Shown: positions 53,509 through 64,000 of the stretch, in pieces
Position numbering within the stretch: position 1 is the first letter of the stretch
Layout: each line of letters opens with the position of its first letter
Source of the DNA: Nibricoccus sp.
Lineage (GTDB): Bacteria; Verrucomicrobiota; Verrucomicrobiia; Opitutales; Opitutaceae
DNA: 64,000 nt
Assembly (NCBI GenBank): GCA_047602425.1
Contig: JASGHG010000001.1
Span: 128,001-192,000, forward strand
Direction of reading: 5' to 3'
Position numbers and translations under genes: made by a program
The notes under the pieces: model-generated
The model's database searches: none
What the model was told of the DNA's origin: nothing
The model's input: only the letters and a program-made list of their open reading frames with translations

Positions 53509-55422
53509 ATGAAGCGCTCGTCGGCCCTCCATCTCGGTCTCCAAGGCAGAATGCTTTTGGCTTTTTTATGCAGTTCCCTCGCGACGCTGGTTGTCGCGTT
53601 GGTCGGCTTGTTTGCCATTCGGGCACTCTCCGGCAATCTCAACGAAGTCGGTCATCGCCGCATGGTGGCTTCCGAGGAAATGCTCAAAGCGAGCACCAAA
53701 ATCCATGATTTGCAGACGTTGCTGCGCGAAGCGTTGAGCTATACCATCGCCTCCGCCGAACGTGTCCGTTTGGACAACGAAATTTCCGCCGCGCGCGCCG
53801 ACTACCGCGCTGCGGCCGAAAAGGCCAAACCGCTTCTCGATGAGGATGAGTTGAAGAAACTCGAACTTTTTTCCAACCAAGCCAAGGAATGGGCGGCCAC
53901 CAACGACCAGATCCGCGCCAAAATGCGGACGATCGCCGAAAATAAAATTGATTCGCCTCTCACGTTGCAAAGCCAGTTCGAAGGCTTTCGCGCGGATCAC
54001 CTCCAATTGATTGCCACCGCGCAAAAACAACTCGCCAAGGGCGAAACGTACAGCGGAAGCACCGATCACACCGCGTGCCGCTTCGGTCGTTGGCTGGGTT
54101 CGTATCAAACTGAAAACACCGCCCTGCGCACCGCGATGCAACGCGCCGTCGACCCGCATCAGAAATTGCACGCCACGATCAAGGAGTTTCAACAAATGCT
54201 GAAGGACGGCCAGTCAGCCGAGGCCAAAAAGTTGCTCGAAACCGCCATGGTTCCGTCGGTGGACGCCACGGTCGCCATGCTCAAGGAGCTTCAGGCCGAG
54301 CCCACGGCAGCCATCGCCGCCCTGGACGAAATGAATCGCCTCGCCCGCGAGGTCAGCGGTCCCCAAAGCCAAAAAGCCCTCAAGACCATTGATGAGATCG
54401 TCGAGGAGGTGAACCAACAGGCTCAAGAATCGGTTACAGCCGCTGACAAACTCGCCACCACCGCCAAAACCACCAGTCTTGTCGCAACCGTTGTCGGTAC
54501 CCTGTGTGCGATTCTTCTCGGCCTCTACGTCGCCCGCCGCATCGCGCGGCAATTGAGGAACGTGGCAGGCGACCTCGACGGTTGTTCCGACCAGACCGCT
54601 TCGGTCGCCGCTCAAATCGCCACCACCAGCCAGAACCTGGCGGCCAGTGCAAGCGAGCAAGCGTCGTCGCTGGAGGAAACCAGCGCCGCGTTGGAAGAAC
54701 TTTCCGGCACCACCAATCAAAATGCCGAGCGCGCCCGCTCCGCCAATGACCGCGCCGCCGCCGCACGAGCCAGTGTTGAACGCGGTGCGACCCAGATGCG
54801 CGAACTGCAAGCCGCCATGACTTCGATTCAGGAGTCCAGTTCGGAAATCACCAAGATCGTGAAGACGATCGACGAAATCGCCTTTCAAACCAACCTGCTC
54901 GCGCTCAACGCCGCCGTCGAAGCGGCCAGAGCGGGCGAAGCGGGCGCCGGCTTTGCCGTCGTCGCCGACGAAGTGCGTTCACTCGCGCATCGCTCGGCCA
55001 CCGCGGCCAAGGAAACAACCACGCTGGTCGACAATGCCCGTCAGCGAAGTGAGCGCGGAGCCGCTCTTGCCGGCGACGTCAGCAAAAACCTTGAGGAGAT
55101 TTTGACCGAAACTCGAACCGTTGATTCGTTGGTAAGCGGCATCGCCGCCGCCTCGAATGAGCAGAGTGTCGGCGTGGATCAGATTAAAAAAGCGGCATCC
55201 CAGCTCGATCAATTGGTTCAAGCCAATGCGGCCACAGCCGAGGAAAACGCCAGCGCCGCCGAGGAACTCCAGGGCCAGACCGCAGGTATGCACGGCATGG
55301 TTCAGACTCTGTTGCAGATTGTGAATGGTAGCGGCTCACACATACCTTCGACCGAGCCCGCGCCAGAACCAACGCGTTCATTCGCGTCAAAGGCCGCCGT
55401 GCGCAAACTGGCTGTTCGGTGA
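53509..55422 (+). CDS. Methyl-accepting chemotaxis protein with CZB domain
   Basis: Two TMs; [37 protein letters not shown] motif [11 protein letters not shown]...HQKLH. Confidence 0.92.
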   Translation: MKRSSALHLGLQGRMLLAFLCSSLATLVVALVGLFAIRALSGNLNEVGHRRMVASEEMLKASTKIHDLQTLLREALSYTIASAERVRLDNEISAARADYRAAAEKAKPLLDEDELKKLELFSNQAKEWAATNDQIRAKMRTIAENKIDSPLTLQSQFEGFRADHLQLIATAQKQLAKGETYSGSTDHTACRFGRWLGSYQTENTALRTAMQRAVDPHQKLHATIKEFQQMLKDGQSAEAKKLLETAMVPSVDATVAMLKELQAEPTAAIAALDEMNRLAREVSGPQSQKALKTIDEIVEEVNQQAQESVTAADKLATTAKTTSLVATVVGTLCAILLGLYVARRIARQLRNVAGDLDGCSDQTASVAAQIATTSQNLAASASEQASSLEETSAALEELSGTTNQNAERARSANDRAAAARASVERGATQMRELQAAMTSIQESSSEITKIVKTIDEIAFQTNLLALNAAVEAARAGEAGAGFAVVADEVRSLAHRSATAAKETTTLVDNARQRSERGAALAGDVSKNLEEILTETRTVDSLVSGIAAASNEQSVGVDQIKKAASQLDQLVQANAATAEENASAAEELQGQTAGMHGMVQTLLQIVNGSGSHIPSTEPAPEPTRSFASKAAVRKLAVR

Positions 55423-55502
55423 CCGATCAAAAGCTCGGCGCTAAATACACAATATAGTCGCCGCTCTGGTCCCGTGGCGCTCAACTTCGCGAACGGCCGG
55501 CA

Positions 55503-56321
55503 TCAGAAGTGAAATGTGAGCCCAGCGTAAGGCCCGGACAACACCTCGGCCCTCGCCTTTATCCGGCGGTAGCCAACGCGGACGGAGAAATATTTGTTCA
55601 CGTAAGAAACCGATCCATCGCAATCCGTGATCGCATGGTCGTTGATCCAACTCCACGTTGGCGTGAAATTTAGGCCAAGGTGTTTGGTTGGGAAAATACT
55701 CAGCGGATAGGTCATCGAAAAACCGTCGTTTCGACTGCGCCCATCAAGGATTAATCTGCCGAAGCCCAAGCCAAATTCAGCCTTCTCGCTCCAGGACATG
55801 CGAAAAAGACCGTGCATCTGGATAAAATTGAGCGGATTCGATGCGCCGTCCTCGCGATAGTGCGTGTGTCGATATTGCGCGGCGAATGGGCCGAAACCGG
55901 CAAGCAGACGTCCGTCCACGCCTTTAATCCGCTCGCTTACCCTCTGATAATTCAGATCCGCTCTAGCAAAGGGCAGATCCGGCGCACCCATTTCTCGAAG
56001 AGCGATTTTGGGCAGCGTCGGATCGTCCGATTTTCTCACCCGCTCCATCGTCAAGCGACTCGATTGGACCAATATCACCGCCGCCATTTCCCAGAAAGCA
56101 TCCCCGAGAATAACCCCGCCCGAACTTTCAGAAGCGCAGTCATCCGTTTTACCAGCATGTTGTTTTCCTCGGTTTTCCGTCGCCGGTTTCGCCGTTGGCG
56201 TTGGTTCGGTTGCGGTCTTTTCGAAGTCGTCCAGACTTCCCGCCTGTAGTTGCCCAAAAGAAAATCCAATCGTTAAAAGAACCAAGATCGCCCTAGCCGC
56301 TTTGGGGTAATTTGGAGTCAT
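55503..56321 (-). CDS. Hypothetical outer-membrane protein
   Basis: Signal peptide; C-terminal GPYAGLTFHF. Confidence 0.7.
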   Translation of the reverse strand: MTPNYPKAARAILVLLTIGFSFGQLQAGSLDDFEKTATEPTPTAKPATENRGKQHAGKTDDCASESSGGVILGDAFWEMAAVILVQSSRLTMERVRKSDDPTLPKIALREMGAPDLPFARADLNYQRVSERIKGVDGRLLAGFGPFAAQYRHTHYREDGASNPLNFIQMHGLFRMSWSEKAEFGLGFGRLILDGRSRNDGFSMTYPLSIFPTKHLGLNFTPTWSWINDHAITDCDGSVSYVNKYFSVRVGYRRIKARAEVLSGPYAGLTFHF

Positions 56322-56412
56322 GGCGCCATTTTTTTGGTTAGACCTACCGAGCTCAAACCTGCCGGGATGAACGGTTCAAACGCACGACCAGCGGAGCAAA
56401 ACTTGAAGGAAT

Positions 56413-57663
56413 TCAAACCCCGCCCGCCGCTGGCGCGGGCTCCGGCCTCGACGATGCCACGCTTGGCGCCTGTTTGCGAAATGGTTGTTTAAGCGAAAGC
56501 AATGTTGCCGAACGCCAGACCCATTCGAGCGGGCCGTAGTGAAACCGTTTCAACCACCAATGTGCACCGGCCAGCTGCACCACAAAAAAAGCCGCACCAC
56601 TCAGAATGCTATAAAACTGGCCCCACTGGCGGAACAAACCGAGTCCGAAGTTATAGTAGAGTGGCACCCAGACGAGCGCCTGCGTGACGTAGCAGGTCAG
56701 ACTCATCCGCCCGTACGGAATAAGCAGACGCAAAACACGCTGAACTTTCGTGAGGTGATAAAGTAGAATGAAGCAACTCACCCAAAGAACCATTTGCGCC
56801 AGTTGCGCGTACGATTTCACAAGAATCAGCGGCAGCCGGCGCGTCGGCCCCGCAGGAGCCCAGCCCGGAATGTGTAATTCCAAATAGTACAAAATCGCGA
56901 ATACGAGGCCGGCGACGACCGCCGCTCGTTTCGCAAAACTCACGCACCGATCCTTGTCCTCAAAGATTCGCTTGCGGCCCAACAGCAGTCCCCAGCCGAA
57001 CAACCCGAGCATCTGCACCACCCGGGCGTTGTCGATCATCCACCACCATTTGGCGAGATTGCCTTTGACCGCGTTGACCTGAATGACGTCCCAAAATCCC
57101 TGCTCGGCAAACACCTTGACCACCTCCCGATAGTAAATGCCCGAGTGCGATGGCGGCGGAACATAACTGCTGTCGAGCCATAACCGAACCAGCTGCCATA
57201 CTAAAGGCAGTTGCACCAGCAGCAGCCCGGAGACCCAGCCGAGCACACGGTTGCTCCAGCCGTAATAAATCACCAACGGCATGCCCAAAACCGCCAGCAT
57301 CGACAAAATGTCCCCGCAGTAGAGGAGGCTGTGCACATAACCGATGATCCCCAACACCGTGAGTCGCCACAAAAAGCGCCAGCGGAAGTTTTCACCACGC
57401 TGCGCCGCGCGATCGAGGAGGATGAAAAAGCTTAAACCAAACATCATCGCGAATAGCGAATAAGCTTTCCCCATGAAAAGGAACTGCGCCACCTCCTTCG
57501 TGCCATTGTCCATCATCCGCAACCACTCCGAAGAAACCTTCGGGAAGCGGTAGAAATCAAAGTGCTCAATCGAGTGGAGCAGCAATATTCCCATCAGTGC
57601 CGATCCCCGCAGGGCATCGACGATATCCATTCTGGGCGGCGGGGCGGAAAGCGGTTTGCTCAT
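56413..57663 (-). CDS. DUF418 (YeiB-like) membrane protein
   Basis: DALRGSALMGILL, GRMSLTCYVTQ, YGPLEWVWR. Confidence 0.9.
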   Translation of the reverse strand: MSKPLSAPPPRMDIVDALRGSALMGILLLHSIEHFDFYRFPKVSSEWLRMMDNGTKEVAQFLFMGKAYSLFAMMFGLSFFILLDRAAQRGENFRWRFLWRLTVLGIIGYVHSLLYCGDILSMLAVLGMPLVIYYGWSNRVLGWVSGLLLVQLPLVWQLVRLWLDSSYVPPPSHSGIYYREVVKVFAEQGFWDVIQVNAVKGNLAKWWWMIDNARVVQMLGLFGWGLLLGRKRIFEDKDRCVSFAKRAAVVAGLVFAILYYLELHIPGWAPAGPTRRLPLILVKSYAQLAQMVLWVSCFILLYHLTKVQRVLRLLIPYGRMSLTCYVTQALVWVPLYYNFGLGLFRQWGQFYSILSGAAFFVVQLAGAHWWLKRFHYGPLEWVWRSATLLSLKQPFRKQAPSVASSRPEPAPAAGGV

Positions 57664-57810
57664 GATGAAACTGGAAACGTGCACAAGCGCACACCTCCAA
57701 GACGGTAGCTCAACAAAAAAGTAACAAGCGCTTATTCCTAAAATCGCCCGTCATCCGGGCGCGGCCAGCTCAAACATCAAATTCCTTTATCCCGCTTGGC
57801 CCGGGCATCT

Positions 57811-58638
57811 TCACTTTCTTCCGCTGGGCCGCATCTCGTAAGTCCGATAGTTTTCACGCCGTACCACGCGCCACTTATAGCCGCGTTTTTCGAGCACCAA
57901 CTCTTCGTCGTACCCCCAACTCTCGCGATAAACATGGAAACACACACGAGCCTCGGTCGCGGACTGTGATAAAATTTTAAACCCGTTCTGAGGTAGCGCG
58001 GTTCCTTCCTTCAAATCCTTGAAATACACTTCCGTGAATTTCCCTACCGCCGTTTCGATACTATCGCTTTCGGGATACTGTTCGTTGGCCGGCCTCTCCA
58101 AGGAAACGCCGCCGAAAGGCAGCAGCTCAATGGCCTCACCGTAATCCGAAAACTGGAATTCCGCGCGTATCCGTTTTTTGCCGAAAAGACCGCCCTCACG
58201 CCTGAGTTTAAAGTAAAGCCGCACCTGTCCGTTGCCATTCATCAACGTCTTGTTCGCTGAATCATAGGACAACGCGCACACCAACAACGCCGCGTCCCAT
58301 TTGATCTTCTTCAAAGAAGGATAGTTGAACTCCCACTCACTCAAGAAGACAAACCACATGCCAAATTGTAGATTCCAGTTCGTAGTACGTGTCCAAAAAA
58401 GTTTCTCAGCAGCGTGAGAGATTTCCACTCCCTCAATAGTCGGATTCCTCTTAACGAAGTCTGCAATCGCGCGCTCGATTTCTTCATGCTCCAGTTCTTC
58501 TTCGAGTATCTTCGATTCCTTCAATCGTTTCGCGTGGAGATCGGGGAAATAGCCCTTTGGAAGCTTGATCTGGAATGCGTCAGCCGAATTCGGCAACACC
58601 GCCAAACACACGAAAACAAGCAACGACAGCTTTCTCAT
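57811..58638 (-). CDS. Hypothetical secreted protein
   Basis: Signal peptide ending ADA; AT-richer codon usage. Confidence 0.65.
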   Translation of the reverse strand: MRKLSLLVFVCLAVLPNSADAFQIKLPKGYFPDLHAKRLKESKILEEELEHEEIERAIADFVKRNPTIEGVEISHAAEKLFWTRTTNWNLQFGMWFVFLSEWEFNYPSLKKIKWDAALLVCALSYDSANKTLMNGNGQVRLYFKLRREGGLFGKKRIRAEFQFSDYGEAIELLPFGGVSLERPANEQYPESDSIETAVGKFTEVYFKDLKEGTALPQNGFKILSQSATEARVCFHVYRESWGYDEELVLEKRGYKWRVVRRENYRTYEMRPSGRK

Positions 58639-58720
58639 ACGTAAACCGACTATGTTGACCCACACCAAAGACGCGAGCTGATAAGATCGAGTTTGGTTGT
58701 TCGCGGCGCATTCCAATCCC

Positions 58721-58745
58721 AGCGCGCACGGAGTGCGCGCTCCAC
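58721..58745 (-). repeat. REP-like hairpin after gltX
   Basis: Minus strand GTGG-AGCGCGCAC-TCC-GTGCGCGCT, perfect 9-bp stem. Confidence 0.7.
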
Positions 58746-58750
58746 CTTGC

Positions 58751-60124
58751 TCACAGGGTCGCGGCGAATTTTTCGAAACGCTTCAGCGCGCGGTCGCGGC
58801 CGAGGACGCGGATCATGCCGGTGATGCTGGGGCCGACGTTGGTGCCGGAGAGCGCAAGGCGGGCCACAGCTTGATAGTCGCCGAAACCTAAACCTTTTGA
58901 TTCCGCCAAGCTCTTCAACGCGGTCTCGATCACGATGTCGTTCGACAAGTCCATCGTGCGCGTGAGCTCGATCAACTCGGCAAGGCGGGCTTTTGGTTCG
59001 CCCTTGGCGAGAACCTTGGCGCGCACTTTGTCGTCGATCGCGAAATCTTCCGTGAAGAAATATTTCGTGTAGGCAGGCAACTCTTCGATGCCTTTGATCT
59101 TTGGGTGCGAGAGTTCGATCACAGCGCGGAAGTACGCTTCCTCGGGCCAGCCAGCGGCGAAAACTTCATTTTTCTCGAAGAAGTCGCGCGCGAGTTGGAG
59201 GAATTTCTCCTCGGGCAGTTCGAGCAGGTAGGCCATGTTCATGTGCGCAAGTTTCTTGTCATCGAAACGTGCGTTGCTCTGGTTGACGCCCGGCAGGTCG
59301 AACAGGCGGATGATTTCGGCGATGGGCATTTTCTCGCGGTCGTCGCCAGGGTTCCAGCCGAGGAGCGAGAGGAAATTGACCAACGCCTCCGGCAGGTATC
59401 CGCGGCGTTGATACTCTTCGATCAGCGCGCCTTGGTCGCGTTTCGACATTTTGCCGGGGCCGTTTTGTTTCAGGATGAGCGGAATGTGGGCGAACTTCGG
59501 TACGGGCACACCGAAGGCTTTGAATAGTTCGACGTGTTTGGAGGTGTTAGAAAGGTGGTCTTCGCCGCGGATCACGTGCGTAATGTTCATCGCGATGTCG
59601 TCGACGACATTCACAAAGTGGAAAACCGGACTGCCATCGGATCGAATGATGACAAAATCTTCGTCCTCGACGCGCTCGACGCGTCCGCGGATCTGGTCGT
59701 CAATGACCGCGGGCGCGTTTTTGACCTTGGTGACGGTTTTCTTGCGATGCTCGTCGAAGACTTCGGAGCGTTCGCCGAGGAGTTTGAACCAAATGGCGCC
59801 GTCTTTTTCGTAGGTGCGGCCCGCGGCGGTGAGTTTGGCGAGATATTCTTTGTAGATGGCGTCGCGTTCGGACTGACGGTACGGGCCGAAATTGCCGCCG
59901 ACGTGCGGGCCTTCGTCCCAGTCCATACCGAGCCAGCGAAGACTGTCGTAGATGACGTTGAGGAATTCCTCGCTGTTGCGCTCCTTGTCGGTGTCCTCGA
60001 TACGCAGAATAAAAGTGCCGCCGGTGTGGCGGGCATAGAGCCAGTTGAACAGGGCCGTGCGGGCGCTGCCGATGTGGAAGAAACCGGTTGGACTGGGAGC
60101 GAAACGAACGCGAACTTGTGACAT
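58751..60124 (-). CDS. gltX: Glutamate--tRNA ligase
   Basis: [36 protein letters not shown]. Confidence 0.95.
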   Translation of the reverse strand: MSQVRVRFAPSPTGFFHIGSARTALFNWLYARHTGGTFILRIEDTDKERNSEEFLNVIYDSLRWLGMDWDEGPHVGGNFGPYRQSERDAIYKEYLAKLTAAGRTYEKDGAIWFKLLGERSEVFDEHRKKTVTKVKNAPAVIDDQIRGRVERVEDEDFVIIRSDGSPVFHFVNVVDDIAMNITHVIRGEDHLSNTSKHVELFKAFGVPVPKFAHIPLILKQNGPGKMSKRDQGALIEEYQRRGYLPEALVNFLSLLGWNPGDDREKMPIAEIIRLFDLPGVNQSNARFDDKKLAHMNMAYLLELPEEKFLQLARDFFEKNEVFAAGWPEEAYFRAVIELSHPKIKGIEELPAYTKYFFTEDFAIDDKVRAKVLAKGEPKARLAELIELTRTMDLSNDIVIETALKSLAESKGLGFGDYQAVARLALSGTNVGPSITGMIRVLGRDRALKRFEKFAATL

Positions 60125-60297
60125 GGGAGAAAAGTTTTTCCGCGGGCGCTGCACCTGCGGGACGCTCAGCAAGCAAGAACCGGCCCGCGCTGTCAAAGCC
60201 TCCGTCGCGCACTCATAAGTGCCGCCTGCGCCGGGCTCGCCGCACAAGAAGTGCAAATCTGACTTGTTCCAACCCAAGATGACCCGAAAATACCGGT

Positions 60298-60780
60298 GTG
60301 ATTTCCTCCAACGCCTCGCGCAAAGTTTTGAAGTCTGTGGCGCTCTTTGAAGCAGCCAAGGGTCTGATTGTCCTTCTGGCCGGCTTCGGGCTGCTTTCGC
60401 TGCTCCACCACGATTTGCGTGCGTTGGCGCTGGCACTGGTCGGCCGGCTGCATCTCGATCCCACGCGGCATTACGCGAGCGTTTTTATCGAAGCCGCTTC
60501 CAACACGACCGATGCGCGATTGTGGTTTATTGCGACGATCGGATTTGTGTACGCGCTCTTTCGCTTTGTGGAGGCGTATGGGCTGTGGTTTGGCCGGACC
60601 TGGGCTGAATGGCTTGCCGTGATCAGCGGTGGAATTTATCTGCCGCTGGAAGTATACGAGTTGTTCCGGCGCGTCACTTGGATGCGCATCACCGCGCTGG
60701 TCGCCAATCTTGTGGTGGTCGGTGCCATCGCGCTGGTGCTTTGGCGAAAAAAGCGGGTGAAAGACACGCCGTCAGGCTGA
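60298..60780 (+). CDS. DUF2127-like membrane protein
   Basis: [15 protein letters not shown]...[14 protein letters not shown]. Confidence 0.85.
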   Translation: MISSNASRKVLKSVALFEAAKGLIVLLAGFGLLSLLHHDLRALALALVGRLHLDPTRHYASVFIEAASNTTDARLWFIATIGFVYALFRFVEAYGLWFGRTWAEWLAVISGGIYLPLEVYELFRRVTWMRITALVANLVVVGAIALVLWRKKRVKDTPSG

Positions 60781-60877
60781 TTCGATAGTGGCACGACCGA
60801 ACATTTGAACAGTCTCAACCATCATACCCGCCCAAAACACCTGCTAAGCGCATCTGTAAGCTTCCCCTCGAAACGCC

Positions 60878-61624
60878 GTGCAATCCACTCCCACGATCCA
60901 TCCGCCTTTCGTCGTCGCGCGTTTCGAAAATCTGGCCGTGGCGCAGGGATTTCACGTCGAACGCTTCGGTCAAATTGCGGACTGTCCGCTCATCGCGCTC
61001 ACCAAGCATCCGCAAGGTGCGCGTCCGCACATTTATCTTTCCGCCGGAATCCATGGCGACGAGCCGGCGCCTCCGCTCGCTTTGTTGCAGTTGTTGGAGC
61101 GTGGTTTCTTTGCCCAACAAGCGAATTGGTACATCTGTCCCCTGCTCAATCCCAGCGGTCTTTCGCGTGGCACTCGGGAAAACGCCAACGCCCTTGATCT
61201 CAATCGCGACTATCTCCACCTGCAATCGGAGGAAATTTCGGCGCATGTTCGTTGGTTAAGGCGTCAGCCTTCGTTCGACCTCAGTCTCTGCCTGCACGAG
61301 GATTGGGAAGCCAGCGGCACCTACCTTTACGAGCTGAATCCGGCCAAGCGTCCCACGCTGGCCGAACCGATCATAGCTGCCATCGCTAAAAACCATCCGA
61401 TCGACCATGCGGAAATCATCGACGGCCGGACCGCGCAAGGCGGCATCATCCGACCGGATTCCGATCCGACCAAACGGGAACTTTGGCCCGAAGCGATTTA
61501 TCTCAGCGCTCATCACACCGCCCTCGCTTATACGATTGAAACGCCTTCCGGGCATCCGCTCGACGAGCGCATTCGGGCGCAATGTCTCGCGATAGAAACC
61601 GCGGTTTCAGCTCTGGTTTTGTAA
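60878..61624 (+). CDS. M14-family metallocarboxypeptidase / succinylglutamate desuccinylase-like protein
   Basis: SAGIHGDEPA, NPSG, DLNRDY, LHED, TIETP. Confidence 0.85.
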   Translation: MQSTPTIHPPFVVARFENLAVAQGFHVERFGQIADCPLIALTKHPQGARPHIYLSAGIHGDEPAPPLALLQLLERGFFAQQANWYICPLLNPSGLSRGTRENANALDLNRDYLHLQSEEISAHVRWLRRQPSFDLSLCLHEDWEASGTYLYELNPAKRPTLAEPIIAAIAKNHPIDHAEIIDGRTAQGGIIRPDSDPTKRELWPEAIYLSAHHTALAYTIETPSGHPLDERIRAQCLAIETAVSALVL

Positions 61625-62452
61625 GAACGCGTCCACGTCGGCGACGTTCATGTGTTGTCGGACAAAAACCCTCAGGTCCTCGGGGAAAGTTGCGCGAAAG
61701 ACGTGTTCGTGTCCGGAGAGCGTGAGATCGATCTCAGCGCAGTGCAGGGCCTGACGCGGCAGGAAAATTCTCTCAGCCAGAGCCGAGGTCCAGCCGTGCT
61801 CGATAAAATCCAGAAAAAGCTTCTGGTCGGGGCCGTAGATTTTGTCGCCGACCATCCAATGTCCCAGCCAGTTCGCGTGGGCGCGGATTTGGTGCTTGCG
61901 TCCGGTTTCGGTTGCGACCCGGGCCAGCGTGAAGCCGCCGCGGGCCACGAGCGGCGTGAAGCGTGTGACCGCGGTCTGCCCCTGCCCTGCCGGCACGACA
62001 CAGTTTTTTATCGCAACCTGTCCGCTGTAGTCGGGCCCGAGCGGTTGATCGACGATGGTCTCGGAGGCGAGTTCACCCGTGAGAATCGCGAGATAAATTT
62101 TCGCGTAGCGGCGCTCCTGCGCGGCCATCTGCAGCTGACGGGCCATGTCGGCATCCTTGGCCAGCACGACCACGCCGCTCGTTTCCCGGTCCAGACGAAA
62201 GATGAGGTGGACCAATCCGCCACCGCCAAGGTATTCGCGCGACGCGCCGCAAAGGCTCGACCAAGGGCCGTCCTTCGACGGGTGGCAGACGATGTCGCCT
62301 GGTTTGTTCAGCACGAGCAGACGTTCGTCTTCGTACGTGATCCACGAGCGCAATTCTTCGGGCGTGATCTGGCGGGCAGCGCTCTGCGGTCGGGCCTTGC
62401 GCGGCCACGGGCCGATCGGGCGTTCGTAAGCGTGAGGCTCGGCATTGTTCAT
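61607..62452 (-). CDS. RluA-family pseudouridine synthase
   Basis: LNKPGD, FRLDRETSGV, TGRKHQIRAH, GDKIYG, RQALH. Confidence 0.9.
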   Translation of the reverse strand: MNNAEPHAYERPIGPWPRKARPQSAARQITPEELRSWITYEDERLLVLNKPGDIVCHPSKDGPWSSLCGASREYLGGGGLVHLIFRLDRETSGVVVLAKDADMARQLQMAAQERRYAKIYLAILTGELASETIVDQPLGPDYSGQVAIKNCVVPAGQGQTAVTRFTPLVARGGFTLARVATETGRKHQIRAHANWLGHWMVGDKIYGPDQKLFLDFIEHGWTSALAERIFLPRQALHCAEIDLTLSGHEHVFRATFPEDLRVFVRQHMNVADVDAFLQNQS

Positions 62453-63291
62453 GGTTTCGCCGCCTTCTTCTCGGCGGGTTGCACGCGGCCGATGATTTTT
62501 TTTGCGAGCGCAGCGGTCCACGTGCGCGGAAGATGCGATGCGCCCCAGGCGATGAATCGGTTTTTCCAACCACAGATCACGCAAGCCCGGCGCTTCGCGA
62601 GAGCGCGTAGGGAGATTTCTGCGACGACATCGGGGGTATGCCCCGGCCCACCGGGCACCGTGCCGGACTTCACGCCGGCCCGCGCGGCAAAACCCGTGGG
62701 CGTCGGCCCCGGGCAAACAGCCACGACCGCCACGCCGAGCGGTTTCAATTCTTCGCGAAGAGCAAGGCTCCAGTTCAATACGAAGGACTTGCTTGCGCCA
62801 TAGGTGGCAAGCAGTGGTGTGGGCTGAAACGCGGCCGTCGACGCCACATTTATGATGGCACCGCCGCGCGTCTTTAATGTCGGGAGAAAGCGTCCCGTGA
62901 TTTCGACCAGCGCGCGAATGTTGACGTTCAAAATTCCTAACTCGTTGTCCAAATCGCCCTCAAGAAATGGCCCGTGCGAGCCGTATCCACTATTATTGAT
63001 GAGCAACACGCGGCCCTCCGGCACCTCGCGGCTTAGAATGCTTAATACCTCCGCCACTCCCCGCAGAATTTCGGCTGTTTGGGAAAAATCGCACGAGACG
63101 TGGCGCAGCTTAAGCTCTGGTAATTTTATGTCCGGTTCTCGCCTTGAAAGGTTGCAAATGAGCATCCCCGGATGCACGTTTTCCACCAGCTTGATGAACG
63201 ATTTTCCAATACCGGAAGATCCGCCCGTCACTACGACGGCCGCGAAATCTTTTAGTGCTTCGCCTAGCGAAGTTTTGTCATCAATCGGCAT
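62449..63291 (-). CDS. Short-chain dehydrogenase/reductase
   Basis: TGGSSGIG, INNSG, YGASK; ATGA overlap with the downstream gene. Confidence 0.9.
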   Translation of the reverse strand: MPIDDKTSLGEALKDFAAVVVTGGSSGIGKSFIKLVENVHPGMLICNLSRREPDIKLPELKLRHVSCDFSQTAEILRGVAEVLSILSREVPEGRVLLINNSGYGSHGPFLEGDLDNELGILNVNIRALVEITGRFLPTLKTRGGAIINVASTAAFQPTPLLATYGASKSFVLNWSLALREELKPLGVAVVAVCPGPTPTGFAARAGVKSGTVPGGPGHTPDVVAEISLRALAKRRACVICGWKNRFIAWGASHLPRTWTAALAKKIIGRVQPAEKKAAKP

Positions 63292-63324
63292 ATTTCTGTC
63301 AGTTAAACCCATAACAAAACAGTC

Positions 63325-63711
63325 ATGAACAGAAACAACAACCAACACGAATTAATCGTTTCCGGCATTCACCTCGAACTCACTCCCTCTTTAAAAACGT
63401 TCGTCAGTGAAAAGGTCCAACGATTGTTTCGACACGAGGAGCGCATCGTCCGCATCCGCGTGGAGTTGGAATGTGATACCAAACAATCGGTCGACAGCCG
63501 GTTCATCGCCAAAGGCCATGTGACCATCCAAGGCCCCGACCTCAATGCAACGGTCTCAGCCGACGAGTGCCACAAGGCCGTCTCGCTGATGATCGACAAA
63601 CTCGATCGCATGCTGGAACGCCGCAACAGCCTGAACAAGGTGAAGCGCAACCACCCGCATGCCGCCGAGATCGGCACCGAAATTCCCAAAACAGTGGAAG
63701 AACCGGTTTAA
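63325..63711 (+). CDS. hpf: Ribosome hibernation promoting factor (short HPF/RaiA)
   Basis: SGIHLELTPSLKTFVSEKV...AVSLMIDKLDRML. Confidence 0.88.
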   Translation: MNRNNNQHELIVSGIHLELTPSLKTFVSEKVQRLFRHEERIVRIRVELECDTKQSVDSRFIAKGHVTIQGPDLNATVSADECHKAVSLMIDKLDRMLERRNSLNKVKRNHPHAAEIGTEIPKTVEEPV

Positions 63712-63737
63712 TCACCTACGTCTCGTCAATCTTAACG

Positions 63738-63767
63738 AGCCCGCCCTTCATCCGGCGGGCTTTTTTT
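63738..63767 (+). terminator. Intrinsic terminator
   Basis: AGCCCGCC...GGCGGGCT followed by a T run. Confidence 0.85.
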
Positions 63768-63897
63768 GCGTCCGAATGCCCCCGTGCGTCGCCCCGACGC
63801 GCAACCATTGCTGTTGCAATCTGCCGCCGGTCGGTTCGGCTGGAGCTCCGTCCGCCAACACAACCGCATCACACCTGACCGGACGTTCCAGTACGTA

Positions 63898-64000
63898 ATG
63901 CCTACGACCGATTTTCCCGCCAATCCAGCCTCCGCAAAGCCATCGAGCGTTTCCTGGCGCCGCGATTTGCTACTGCTTTCGATCTTGTTCGGTCTTTTGT
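63898..64000 (+). CDS. 5' end of a membrane protein leaving the window (possibly an ArnT-like glycosyltransferase)
   Basis: ATG 63898, MPTTDFPANPASAKPSSVSWRRDLLLLSILFGLL, open to the window end. Confidence 0.45.
   Translation, partial: MPTTDFPANPASAKPSSVSWRRDLLLLSILFGLL

Overview
A bacterial chromosomal window with GC-rich core genes. Gene content and intergenic repeat style suggest Verrucomicrobiota/Opitutaceae (inference). Core genes include hisG-aguB-aguA-lipoprotein-polB, an orphan OmpR-type regulator, ilvE, mcsA-mcsB-clpC, a frameshifted CBS/DRTGG family II pyrophosphatase, glnS, gltX, an RluA-family enzyme and hpf. Accessory, visibly more AT-rich stretches lie between them. 2.5-7.1 kb holds a translationally coupled orphan ParA / unknown / HEPN-like operon (candidate defence or toxin module), followed by a 21-bp-period palindromic array in front of a small basic helical protein. 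8.6-17.8 kb holds a papain-like protease and a two-component/cupredoxin/porin module whose two flanking secreted-protein genes share a direct-repeat operator. 18-22 kb holds two PL9 lyases with poly-Ser linkers. About 40-58 kb is a cargo-rich region downstream of glnS containing a decayed copy of the glnS 3' end, two homologous 21-bp-period palindromic arrays and a repeated TTTGCAC motif. No tRNA, rRNA, CRISPR array, integrase or transposase was recognised. All calls are by eye, without database searches.
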